63,758 bases of DNA, filler included, from Gonapodya sp. JEL0774 (GCA_027604505.1; 44 parts of 44 records of this genome joined end to end with filler, not necessarily neighbours in it), one strand, 5' to 3'. Shown: positions 24,382 to 36,314, counted from the first letter of the whole stretch. Notes: generated by a model not told the origin, from the letters alone. Numbers and translations: made by a program.

Positions 24382-24706
24382 CAAAGTTCATTCTACTGCG
24401 TATGAAAGCCGAAGGGAAAGAAAAGATCAACAGCGACACCGCTGGGAAATACATCCATGTCATTGTTAACACCATCGACAAAACCCCAGACGGGCAACCC
24501 CTTGAGAGTCACCCTTCCATCCGGCTACTTCGGGAGCAAAGTAAGAACATAGCACCTGCTCCGGCCCGACCAGTGGAAGTATCGCTCCCAGCATGTCAAC
24601 CAATCCGTGACATTCTCTCAAGTGCTCGAGGACCCTCGTCCCTCAACCTTGCGGAACTGCAGCTGGCGTTTATTCTCATCTGCATTACCTTCTGGTTCCG
24701 ACGACC
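23355..24706 (+). mobile_element. Overlapping ORF3 (tyrosine recombinase N-terminal part) of the same DIRS1-type element
   Basis: Second frame open across the whole contig. RKRTIQQKDGRFNKFMDWCQSRELDPF resembles the integrase SAM-like core-binding domain. Confidence 0.7.
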
Positions 24707-25026
24707 NNNNNNNNNNNNNNNNNNNNNNNNNNNNNNNNNNNNNNNNNNNNTTAATTAATTAANNNNNNNNNNNNNNNNNNNNNNNNNNNNNNNNNNNNNN
24801 NNNNNNGATAAAACACCTCCTCCTGTCAACTGTGCAGTACATGCATTTGTAAATAGTAGATTTGATAGGCCAGTTTGGCCAAAATTCTTGTAAGAACAAC
24901 GGCCAGAAACGAACGTTCCCAGTGACGCTCCCAATGCGGGTGTGTACGAAGCAATATTAAATCAGTCACATTGTCCAAATTCTACTTTCTAAACCGAACC
25001 AGCCTAAACGTGTCTCAGTCCCAGTA

Positions 25027-25178
25027 CCAGCAGTGTTCATTTCCGAAGCTTTCCATCACCCTTGGTACAGAAGTGTTGGAAGCCAACATGCGGATATCTT
25101 GCAATCTGCATGTCGATACTTTACACGTTCGCCATATAGAGTTATTTTTCAATGAAAAGCCCCATCATATACTGCTGG
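25027..25178 (-). promoter_or_regulatory. Putative SECIS element with an expanded apical domain in the TXNRD 3'UTR
   Basis: Helix I CCAGCAGU/ACUGCUGG; core AUGAU/GGAA (tandem G.A pairs); 12-bp helix II GGGGCUUUUCAU/AUGGAAAGCUUC; AAAAA two nucleotides after helix II. Confidence 0.7.
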
Positions 25179-25373
25179 GAGCTTCCCAGGCCTTGAGCCT
25201 GGGTTGCTCTGTCGAGCATGCCCAGTTGGCGCCAACTTCATAGCAGGTCAAGTTGACAAAGAGGAATGACGCAGTTTAAGCGCCCCATAGCCTGCGACGA
25301 TCAGATTGATCTAAGCCAGCGAAGAAATTCTTTCGCTCTACCATCCACTGAACGTCGCGGAGCCATGGAGCGC

Positions 25374-26160
25374 TTAACCTCAGCATCCAGTGGTTTTCGC
25401 ATCCGCACCCGAAGATTTGGATATTCTGAGCTTAATAATCTCCTCTGCAAAACACAAAATGGAAGTACAGCCACTGCATCTTCGTGGAATACTAACCGCT
25501 TAATGCACATATAACGTACCTGAGGTGGTAGGATGGATTCCTATTGTCGCCGCGAAGTCAGTCCTAGTCGCCCTCATTCTCATAGCGACAGCATATCCCT
25601 GAGTAACTTCACCCGCATTTGGGCCTAGGTAATGCAATCCAATAACTCTGTCGTTTTCGGTTTTGAGACAGACGAGTTTGGCGAAGCAGGCATTATCTTC
25701 ACGGTGCGGAACAGTCCACTCGAGTGGCTAAATAAAACTCTTCAAAACGATTTCGCATCTCAGCTGGCTGGATAAGCCGACTTACTTTAAAGTAAGAGTG
25801 GTAGACCTCAATGTTAGTTTCCCCAAACTTTGCAACCGCATCCTCCTCGCTGTAACCGATAGACCCATATTCGAGGGGAGTGAAGACAGTAGTAGGAATC
25901 ATCTCATAGTCCGTAAGCTCTTTCGAGCCTTGGTACAGTCGGCGAGAGAGCAGTTTGCCCGTTTGGATTGCTAGTGGGGTGAGCTCGGGTTTCGCTTGCA
26001 AGACATCCCCCACACCGTAAATGTTGGGAACATTTGTCTGTTCGAATTTGTTGACAATAACTGAAAGTAACCAAAGAAAGTGTGTATGGGCTGCGCAGCT
26101 GCACCACACTGTCAGTGAATCACCCACGCTTCCCTATCTTGTCAGTGATCACGCCAGCGC
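25374..26160 (-). CDS. TXNRD: High-Mr (animal-type) thioredoxin reductase selenoprotein, 3' exons (26160-26128, 26060-25786, 25727-25520, 25444-25374); C-terminus GC-U-G*
   Basis: [14 protein letters not shown]...[61 protein letters not shown]. The last codons are GGA TGC TGA GGT TAA. Confidence 0.95.
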
Positions 26161-26260
26161 NNNNNNNNNNNNNNNNNNNNNNNNNNNNNNNNNNNNNNNN
26201 NNNNTTAATTAATTAANNNNNNNNNNNNNNNNNNNNNNNNNNNNNNNNNNNNNNNNNNNN

Positions 26261-27613
26261 CCAATACGACCGTCCCCAGTGCCCGAGTTTCGCGTATTCA
26301 TTTCGAACGAATTTCCTGTACTCAGTGAGTACAAGAGCGCGCATGTTGTCGGTGATCCCCTCCAGCACTGTTTCCTGGAATTCCCTCGACCACGACATCC
26401 TGCACAAATCTGCAGTTCTCCTTGCCGTGATAATATTCGCCTGTTCGGGTGAGAGGCGAGAGAATTTCGGCGGGGCGAATGGATCCGCCTTGTCGTCGAT
26501 AGTGAACCCAAACTTGTGTGCCGCTTCGACTACCGCCTGCTCATCCTCCGTCCCCACAATCATTTCGACAGTCCCCCCAGGAATCATCGTCGCCGCCTGG
26601 ACCTCCCGATATATCCCCAACTCCCGTACCAGCCCTCCTATTCGCTTCCTCCGCTCCTTCAGAGAGGCCTCGACAAGCGGCATAACGTTCCGGGGGCGTA
26701 CGAACACGCGGACGAATGTCCGCGGCGCGGGGCGTTCCTGGAACATCATGGCGATACGGGATGGACGGGCGAAGTCGGTCTCTTTGCGATTTGGGCGGAT
26801 GGGTTTGGTGTTGCCCGAGGTGAGTGCGTCCCGGTAAGACACCGGTCCCCGGTTTCCTCCCCGCTTTTCTCCACTTCTCCCATCGTTTTTCTCTCCTTCA
26901 GCACTCACTCTTTGATTTCCCCCCGCCGCTGTGGCTGCATCGTTCCCCCCTCCCGTCCGTTTCCGCTTCCTCGCTACCTCAATGAACCCATCGAGCGGGA
27001 TAAACTCTTCTGGACCTGGAGACGAGGTCGAAATATCTCCCACGGACGTAGGTGAGTGGTGCGCGCCTTCGGCGCTTGAGGTGAGTGCCAGGGGGTTGAG
27101 ATGGGGTGACCCCGTACCGGAAAGAGGGTCTGGCGGGGTGAAAACGAAGTTAAACGACCCGCCAGCGCTTCGCGCCCCTTGTCTAGTATCTTGAGCGTGT
27201 CCGCGCCTTGGTTTGGAGGTGGCGCGGCGTGTGTGTGGTGTGGTGTGTCCGGATTTTGGTCCCACCCCGTATCCGGACCCTTCCTGCCTCCCCCCGTGTT
27301 CGACAGGCCTTGCGCTTCCGGCGCCCCACTCCGCCATCATTGGTGGTGGTGTGGGTGCGTCCGCGGCTCCTCGCGAGTCTCCGTTGTGGTTCACCCCGTT
27401 CCCCCCTGCAGCTCCACCCGCTCCCGGTACGTGGCGGCCCCCAACGCCCCTCGTGTTCCCTCCGCTCGCATCCCTGATACGTTGGCTGCGCTCCGCGGCC
27501 AATTCCCGGGTGAGTCGGTCAATTTGGAGGCGGAGTTCGGTGAGCTCCCGTTGCATCTCCGTCTGCCTCTTGTTAGACAGCTCCAGCAGTGATAGGAGAC
27601 GAGTTTTCTCGTC
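26261..27613 (-). mobile_element. Probable ORF1 (gag-like) of a non-LTR retrotransposon
   Basis: Intronless ~450-codon frame: coiled coil, disordered linker with RKRKR and SYRDAL, then a compact alpha/beta domain (FVRVFVR...LGIYREV...GGTVEMIV...DPF). Family call is by resemblance only. Confidence 0.4.
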
Positions 27614-27713
27614 NNNNNNNNNNNNNNNNNNNNNNNNNNNNNNNNNNNNNNNNNNNNTTAATTAATTAANNNNNNNNNNNNNNNNNNNNNNNNNNNNNNN
27701 NNNNNNNNNNNNN

Positions 27714-28810
27714 CACTCCTGGGCGACCACGCCTCCCATGAGGGACGCCACGGCGTGCAGTTCCGAGGCGCCGGAGCGGACGCTGGGGTGTAGCGCAGGG
27801 GGGTGGGGGGTTGGCGTGCGCGGTGCGGGGGGGAGGATTTGGTTGGTTCGTTTCCACCACGGTACCTGTCTTCCCACACCCGCACCCCCCACAAACTCAC
27901 ATCTCATGCACATACTCATCCCCCACGCTGGCCCCCTGGACCCCCCACCCTGCCAGCACACTGTTCACCTGCTTCTTCAACAGGGCCATGTCCATCTCCA
28001 CGTCTGCAGAGTCCGCGCCGGGGTACCGGTGGTGCACAGCAAAGAACCGGTCCGTCGCGCGCAGGAGGACATAGTAGAGGAAGGGCGGCGGCGGGGTGGT
28101 GCTGAGGTGGTGGGCTGGTCGCGGGGGGGCAGGGGGGTGTGAGGGGGACGCAGAGCAACAACCTCCACCACCCACCACCCACCCGCCACCCCCGCGTCCA
28201 CCCCCCCCTCCACCTCCTCCCTGACCCTCCTATACCTGAGCACCCTTACAAACGCCGCGTTCTTACACCACCGTTCGACCTCGTCGTCCTTGACCGCCAC
28301 GGGACCCGTCCACTCGGGGAGCTCGCCGACGGGACCCGGGGTGGACGAGGATGGGGGCGTGGACGGAGAGATCTGTGGGGGAAGACGGGCGTTGATGGAG
28401 GAAACCAGCGAGGCGACGCGGCGGCGGACGTGGGAGAGGTCCGAGAGGTGTTTTTGGCGGTAGCTGGGGCGGCGAGGGGAGGTGCGTGGGTTGGTAAGGT
28501 GGGAGAAATCACATAACACATTTTACACACGGACGTTCAGCCACCCCATCCTGAATCCCGATCCATATCAATCCGCCCCTCTTCCCCCAATCCCCAATCC
28601 CCCTCTCCCCCCATCCCGCCTCTCGCCCACACACACACACCCGCACACCCCAACTCACACGTTTGCGACCCTCACGTACCCCTCACTATCCGCCTTCATG
28701 TCCGGCACGTTCCCCGGATGGGGTAAGTACCCCTGCCCACCGTCTTCCGATTGGTCGGCGACGAAATCTCGCACGGCGCGCGCGATGATCCAGAAGGGGT
28801 GGGGCGGGCG
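27714..28810 (-). CDS. ULA1: NEDD8-activating enzyme E1 regulatory subunit (NAE1/APPBP1), C-terminal region
   Basis: PFWIIARAVRDFV...GYLPHPGNVPDMKADSEGYV, YRQK, WCKNAAFVRVLRYR, YVLLRATDRFFAVHHRYPG, YVHEM|VRSGASELHAVASLMGGVVAQE. Confidence 0.93.
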
Positions 28811-29166
28811 CTGGCTCGAGGTTCGGGTAGTGGTCGGAAGCGGGAGGGCGAAGTTGGGGACGGAAACGTCAAGGGGACAAAGAGAAGTGGAAATGGGAGA
28901 ATGGTGAGGAGGGGATACCCATCAACTATCCCCCCACACACGAGATCACCCCCACTCCCAAAATCCTGCTCCTACATCCCCCTACCCCACCACCCCCCAC
29001 CCCCCACCCAACACCCAACTCACCCCCTGCCCCTCCGTTACCCTCTCCACCTCGGGATCCTCGAGCNNNNNNNNNNNNNNNNNNNNNNNNNNNNNNNNNN
29101 NNNNNNNNNNTTAATTAATTAANNNNNNNNNNNNNNNNNNNNNNNNNNNNNNNNNNNNNNNNNNNN

Positions 29167-30516
29167 AGCTTCGTCTGCGTCTCCTTCAGCCTCTGGAGAC
29201 GACGCGCTTGACACAGATGGCATAGCGGCAGCCTTGGGCGAGGTGATGCGAGATCGGCGGGTTGGCAACAGTAGTCCAGAAGACGAAGATGATGATTTTG
29301 GCACCACAGCGAGCTTGATTGTGCTGGAGACCCTCAAAGGATCGCCGGGGAGGTCGTCAGAAGTGAACCGTGGAACGGGAATACTACCAGGCGTAGGAAA
29401 GTGGTGGCCACGAGTTGGGATAGTGCGCGCTCAGCAGGTGGAAGCGGTCGGCTCCACACACTCTTCTGCGCCCATTCCGAATGGTCCCTCGCGGACCACC
29501 AATCCCCCCTCCTACCCACCTCCACTACCACAGACGCGCCCATCACCATCACCACCTACCGACCCACTTTCCGCAACTCCGTTAGATTTATTGGCCGGTC
29601 TTGGTGTCACTGCGCGGACCGCATACTCGGCGACCACGGCCGGGTTAGCAGGGCTGGGGATGTGGAGGGGAAAGGGCGCTCTCGCGGGATCCGAAGAAGC
29701 GAGTAAGAGCAGTGGAGGGGTCAGTGCTGCCTCTTCGCCTCCAGCACCTTCTCCTTCTCGAACAATTACGCGTGAGCGCACGCTCGGCTCACAAGACTAC
29801 CCAGATGTGGATGCCGGAGACGATGAGGAGGAGAGTCGAGAGGAGCTTAACCAGCCTCGATGGGGAGAGGACTCAGTGTATCTTCCAGGGGACGACTGGG
29901 AAGGTATAGAAGCGGTTACCGTCGCTGGCGGATCCCAGGGACGAGATGAAGGCAGTGGTGACGGCAAGGACGGTACTGAAACAAACGGACCAGCGGGGAC
30001 TATGGCAACGGAGGGAGACGGTGATGAAGGGTGGGTGGATGGGGTGGAAGGTCAGGAGATTAATGATGTGGGCGGGACCTCTACGTCGACCCCGGCGTCC
30101 GCCGTGCTGGCGAAGATAGTTGCGGTAGAGAGGGGGACGTGGACTGGAGAGGACGGACCGGTATCGCCCGAGTCCGCAAGTTCGCCTGTAGGGGGAAGCA
30201 ATATCGCGGATCTTCGAGGATCGTCGGACTCAACAACAGCGTCTATGCTCTTTGTTGATGCAGTCCCAGGTGCTTTCCCTTCATCTTCGTCTATCCTCGT
30301 GGCGACGGACCCTCCCGCTAGTACAAGCCCTGTATCCTCGACTCCTACGACTACGCCAGACACTGCTGCACTCGTGGAGCGTCTCGCGCAACTAGAACGT
30401 GATAATGCACATCTTCGCTCCGAAGTGGAACGGTGGAAAGCACGATGGGACAGGTTGAGAGATGCTGCTCGGAAGAAGAGGGCGCAGAAGATTGCAGCCG
30501 CTGGTGGAAGCAAGAC
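29167..30516 (+). CDS. Fragment of a disordered protein with a C-terminal coiled coil
   Basis: Long open frame ending LVERLAQLERDNAHLRSEVERWKARWDRLRDAARKKR. Confidence 0.55.
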
Positions 30517-31207
30517 NNNNNNNNNNNNNNNNNNNNNNNNNNNNNNNNNNNNNNNNNNNNTTAATTAATTAANNNNNNNNNNNNNNNNNNNNNNNNNNNN
30601 NNNNNNNNNNNNNNNNAGTGGATGTGAGTTTCTTCTGTGACTTTGGATAGGAAAGAAACTCAATTGAACTGGCAATGACAATCGCCAGAAACTCATCACG
30701 ACTACAGGAGTGCAAGAGCCATCACTCTCACTCGACGACTTTCGTGAGCTAGCGACGGCGCAACCATTTGTGTTTGACTTTTTCGGGAGCGGCTTTGCAA
30801 GAACGTTCGTGTTGGAAACCAGTGAGAAGGCGGATTTCGTCCAGATTGCCAAAGGTATGTCTGTCGATATAGGTATAGTGCTGAGGCGCCGCGTAGTTCT
30901 CTCCAATTTGTCGGAATCTCTCTTGCGTTCCAGTCATTGAGGGGCAATCTCGCTGGAGTTCGTTGGCGAGACCTGTGATAAGAATCTCTCGAAACGAGTC
31001 GTCCCAAAGTTTCAGACTCCAAGAACAACCATCAATCGATCACGCCGATTCTATGTTGGTGGATATGGGAGCGCCAATGGACGGAAGGGATTTCATATGA
31101 TTTTGGAAGTGTTGAGAAGGAAAAGCTGTGCGTCGCTGCATGGACAAAACGTACATATGTATTTGCCACGATTGATAGTTACTTAAAATATCATTCTTCT
31201 TTCACCG

Positions 31208-31900
31208 TCATCTTCGCGTGGTTTTCATGGATTTCTCAAATCGCGTGGCTGGGCGAACTTTCCCGTCCCGTGTGAAAACCACTGGCGTGGTCTTGCCTCG
31301 TACATCATGAATCATGAATGCCGCTTTCCGGAGAGCGAGCTGGCTTTTATTGGATTGAAGAATTTCGCCTTCAGTTTCCTGAGGCTGTTCGATTTCAAAC
31401 GGCCTGTCTGAGAGGGCATCCTCACGAGCATCGATGGATGCAAATGGTTCCAGCTTCAAGACGGATGCAGCGTCCTAATGATTGCGTAGTGGTTGACGTC
31501 AGTGAGAAGCGGGATCGGTTTGAGCGCTTAAGATCAGACAAACACGAACTCACCTTCGGGGTTAGGCTTTCTTCCTCATCCAACGACCGGAAGGCTGGCC
31601 TGCTGCGAACGGAGGATATTAATCGTAGCTCTTCTTTGTAGCCGGCACGTTCATGAACACGTAGAAGGCGCTCCATGACTTGAGATAGCTTCTCATGGAG
31701 AACAAAGTTCTATAGATGTACAATGAGCTTAAGGTGTCGCGAACACCCGCTTCTTGGAAACTCACCTGAACACCGCGGGTCTCCTTTTCCTTCAAAACAC
31801 TTTCTACAAAGCTCAAGCTTATGCCCATCCGCCTCGCAACATCTCGAGCGGTTTCGTTGGTCTCCTCTTGCACACGAATAACTTCCTGTGATTTTTTGGC
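31208..31900 (-). CDS. Unknown multi-exon protein, 3' exons
   Basis: Protein-like segments separated by GTGAGT...AG introns, ending MKTTRR*. Confidence 0.4.
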
Positions 31901-32636
31901 TTCCTTTTCCAGCGCTAGAAACCGACAACTCTCAGTTATTAATCTTCAAACCCACATTGGATCACGNNNNNNNNNNNNNNNNNNNNNNNNNNNNNNNNNN
32001 NNNNNNNNNNTTAATTAATTAANNNNNNNNNNNNNNNNNNNNNNNNNNNNNNNNNNNNNNNNNNNNATGGGATGGGAGGAGGTCCGTGATAGTTCAGCAT
32101 GGACGGGCGAGATGGTGAAGCGGGGTCCGTGATGAAAGTGTTTGTCTTGGAACTTATTCCGATCAACATGACACTCATTAAGGTTGTTCTCTGTTAGTTT
32201 GAGAGGTATAAGTGGACGAGGAAGAGTTTTGGATTCCAACCAGATAAGACATTACATTGATGTTTTTTATGCACCGCAGTGTGCCATTCCTACGTATCAG
32301 TTTCGCGCTATATACACGCGAAGAATTGAGTAGTGTTAGCAAGTTTCTAATCTGAACCATTCGGTGGAGTTGTTTGTGGTTTCCATTCTGAGGCCTGAGC
32401 TGATGGTTGCGAGCAGATCCGTACGTCCCATGTGACAAGACAAAGTAATACCAACCCGTGAATGGTCTCTGTAGAGTAAAGCCATTGGCATCGTTTTTTT
32501 GAGTAAATTGTAGGCGTATTGTCATGTACGCGGATCCGCGAACGCAAAAAGGTGAAGTGTCACTTTATGTCAAATTTCTGTTCTCAACAAGATGCGTGCC
32601 GAAAAATTGTTTGATCTATCATGAAACTGAAATTTA

Positions 32637-33416
32637 CTACGCCGGAACTCTCGGATCTGCCTCTCTCGCCCAGAACCGATGCATTTTGAGCATATTGGCG
32701 ACTCTGCCTGCAGCATCCTCCCCAGCACTCTCGCCCTCCCCGCTGCTCACAGCAACTCCCATCGGATCTGTCGCGGCAGAAGGCATGATAGACGAAAGAG
32801 TAGACGTGAGCTTATCCTTGGCAAAGTTGGCAGCTGAAATTTGTAGAGAAGAGGTCAACCTTCACAGTTCCCCTCGCAGCTGGTGTCAGGCGACTTTACC
32901 GACCCTTCTCTGACAACGTTTGGTTCCCGCCTTCGTCCTTCGTATCCAGACTTGTCGTAGAATTCCCCATACCAACCACAGGCACATTGCTCGCTCCCAA
33001 TAACCCCACCCCTTGACCCCACGCCGCCAAAGGTTTGCAGTGCTTGAAAGCTTCGTTTACGAAGTGTACGGCGAGACCATCACGTTTGAGCGTAGTGATC
33101 ATCTCCGAAGTACCACTTGGTATAACCAGGGCGTCGAAAAAGGTGCTGTGAGACGTGAGAAGAGCGTGATCAACTGTTTGCTTCGTTTTGCCGTCTGTGC
33201 CTGTGAGCGGAGACAGGAACTGCACCAAAAGTCAAAAAGATAGCACTCGACTTTCAAATTCCGGGAATAAGGTCCTAAACAGAACAGTACTCACTACTGA
33301 AATAACCTGCACTGTGGCGCCCTCCCCGTCCAGTTTCCTCTTGAACGCGTTCAAACCTTCCACGTCCACTCCATCTGCCGCCACGACTGCGATCTTGCGC
33401 CCTTGAATGCTTTTGG
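32637..33416 (-). CDS. Large-subunit (clade 2, KatE/HPII-like) catalase, C-terminal DJ-1/GATase-like domain
   Basis: SIQGRKIAVVAADGVD, STFFDALVIPSG, GLAVHFVNEAFKHCKPLAAWGQG, HRFWARE..RVPA*. Confidence 0.85.
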
Positions 33417-33545
33417 NNNNNNNNNNNNNNNNNNNNNNNNNNNNNNNNNNNNNNNNNNNNTTAATTAATTAANNNNNNNNNNNNNNNNNNNNNNNNNNNN
33501 NNNNNNNNNNNNNNNNTGTCATCTCATACACATTCATCTCGGTAG

Positions 33546-34437
33546 TTCTCTGGTTTGATCGGGATTGTGACTCCGTACAAGTTGCAGGTGCGTTCTAGAC
33601 GGATTCTTCATGTCGACATGTGTTAAATTGCACCAAATCGCAAGGCGACCACGATCGCAAGATCCATCGAAAGACGATATGATCGCGGAGCGCTTTCACA
33701 TATCGCCATCGACACGGTGGACTCTTTTCAAGGTCAGTTTTGCGATTTCTCGAGAGCGACCGAGTATCACGTAACTGAGTGCGTCGATTTTCTGCCCGCA
33801 GGTCAAGAAAGAGGTGAGATGAGCTGAATGTGGTGCAGTCCGCGGCAGATTGATGTAATCACAACATCCATCGCGATGGACGACAAAGATGTTATTATCT
33901 TCAGTTGCGTCAGAGCAGCAAATGGTGGGTCCGCCGTCTTCCTTTTTCGAAAAAGGAACATCAGTTGGTGTTCTCTGACTCCACGTTCCATCTCCAGATC
34001 GTGGAATCGGTTTCCTCGCCGACACCCGTCGTCTCAACGTGGCCATCACTCGCGCGAAATCATCTCTGTGGATCGTTGGTCGATCGGGGTCCCTGATTCA
34101 GAACCCTGTGTGGGGGAGCTTGATCGTTGACGCCAAGAAGCGCGGCTGCTTCGCGAAATTTGACACCTCGGCGTACACGCTGCATCAGGTTCCAGCAGTG
34201 AGTTACTCATTGCATCCGGTCGCGGTCACACAATCGTCTCTTCTGATTGCGACCCCCGAACGCTAGAATCTCTACCCCGACATCTCGTCATCTCGCAAAC
34301 CTGATAAAGGTACTTCGTCAAAGCAGCCCAAGGAAAAAGAAAAGCAGGACAAGGACAAGGGCAAAAGTCCTTCTAAAAAACGCAAACAATCATCTACAGA
34401 TGCCGGCTCCTCTTCGAAGCGGAGCAAAAAGGAGTGA
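33546..34437 (+). CDS. Upf1/Sen1-like superfamily 1 helicase, C-terminal exons
   Basis: IGIVTPYKLQ, IDTVDSFQ|GQER|DVIIFSCVRA, GIGFLADTRRLNVAITRAKSSLWIVG. Confidence 0.9.
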
Positions 34438-34497
34438 CTTATTGATCCACTCGATGTTACATATAAACGGATAGAGAAAACATGGGTATCCGGTTTT

Positions 34498-34821
34498 TCA
34501 TTGTCTGACCACCCATAGAAGTTGTTGATATTCTTGATTTGTACTGGACTCTATTCCCAGTTTGTCCAACTTGAACGGCGACGTGTAGGGTATGTAAGAA
34601 CAGTGTCCGCAATATACCATAATCCACACAGACTCACCTCCCGCCCATACGCCTCCACATCCATCGCAATCTGCGCCCTGATCTTGTCCTCGTCCGTGCT
34701 CACAGCACCTCCATCGTCCTCCGGCTCCGGCTGGGATTTCCGCAGCGACCTTTTCAGGCGCCGGAGGGATTCTTCAGTCTTGCGCACAGTGGTGAGAAGC
34801 TCGTCGGCGGCAGAAGAGTAG
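34498..34821 (-). CDS. COG2: Conserved oligomeric Golgi complex subunit 2, last exons
   Basis: ELLTTVRKTEESLRRLK...TDEDKIRAQIAMDVEAYGRE|LDKLGI. Confidence 0.75.
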
Positions 34822-34965
34822 CTGGGATTAGTGTGGGGAAAATGGCGTTCCAATGGCATTGCAATNNNNNNNNNNNNNNNNNNNNNNNNNNNNNNNNNNN
34901 NNNNNNNNNTTAATTAATTAANNNNNNNNNNNNNNNNNNNNNNNNNNNNNNNNNNNNNNNNNNNN

Positions 34966-36314
34966 GGGCGAAGTGTATCTTGATGAGGCGGAATGACAGT
35001 TGAGGTGGTTTCTGCTCCAGCGACCGTGGGTTGAAGGTGTGTGGTGAGACCATTGGCGTTGGTTTGTTGGCGAGCCATCGTTGTAGCAGGACGAAGTGCG
35101 GTCCCTATCCGAGAAACTCCGGTCATAGCACGCTGGCTGTTCGCTCCGCGCGATCCACTTCGGTGCAGAGAAGGGCGAGTGAGGGTCGCAACCTGCTTCT
35201 CGGGGATGGGGATGAGATACTCCTTTGAGGGCACCCAGGCAGGGTTCTGTCGCTTGTGGGCCTCTACATTAACCTCCCTCAGGTACTCGAGAAATCCAAA
35301 TGGACAGTACTTCACGAGCCACTCGTGTCTGAGCAACTCGTGAGCGGTGGGACGGTGGGCAGGGTTAAGGGCCATGCATTTGACGACAAAGTCCCTGGCG
35401 AGGTGAGAGACGGGGTCCCAATAAGGGCTCTCGAACTGGAATTCACCGCGTACAACGCGGTTGCATATGTCCGGAACGTCAACAGCGTCGAAGTAAGGGC
35501 CGTATCCACAAAGCAAAGTGTCTGGAGAATGAACAGGAGGCGAGGAGGTAAGAAGGGGCACGCAGACAACCGCAAACAACTCCACCACTTACAAGCTATC
35601 ACCCCGATGGCGTAAATGTCGACCGGTTTCTCGTACGGGATATGCAAGAGAATCTCCGGGGCAGTGTACCCGGGTGACCCGCACACGGTTTTCAGCACCC
35701 CCCGATCAGATTCAAGGGTCTTGGCGATACCAAAATCAATGATGGTGAGAGGAGAATTCGGATCGGGGGTCTTGAAGAGCCTGTTTGGGTTGTGACGGCG
35801 ACCAGACAGGGCAAAAGCACGATTGCGGTTACTACAATCACCCAAAGTACCAGGCACATGCTAAAAGCCATACTCCGTTTATCGCAATGACTTACAGATT
35901 TTCCGGCTTCAAATCCCGATGAACGATGTCTGATGTGGGAATGAACGCTTTGCTAAGTCGAGGGCCTAAACCTTATCCCCAAAAAAAAACGGGACTCACC
36001 ATGGTCGTGGAGGTAGGCGACGGTATTTGCAATCTTCATTACCAAGGTGGACGCGCGAATGAGACGTGGGTTGGCTTCGGGTTTCACTCAGGGGCCCTCT
36101 CCTCACCGTCGCCATTATTACTGCTGCCTCCCGTTCATTGAAGCTCCCTTTCTGTACGATCCGTTCAAACAGCTCGCCTCCACTCGCTTTGGGCAGGCGA
36201 AGAAAACAGATAAGCAAACTGTAGAGCTTCTACTTTAGCTTCTTTGGGTGAACCCACCAAGCTCGAACACCAGGTAATACCGCTCCTGAGTCTCAAAGAA
36301 GTCACACAACTCAA
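34966..36314 (-). CDS. CAMK-group Ser/Thr kinase (Cmk1/2-like), multi-exon fragment
   Basis: YLVFEL|ASGGELFERI, IVHRDLKPEN, IIDFGIAK, TVCGSPGYTAPE, FESPYWDPVS. Confidence 0.95.

Noticed and set aside
25380..25382. TXNRD TGA read as an ordinary or premature stop
   Set aside because: It is followed by GGT TAA, reproducing the GCUG motif exactly, and a SECIS-like structure lies downstream. Recoding is the simpler explanation.
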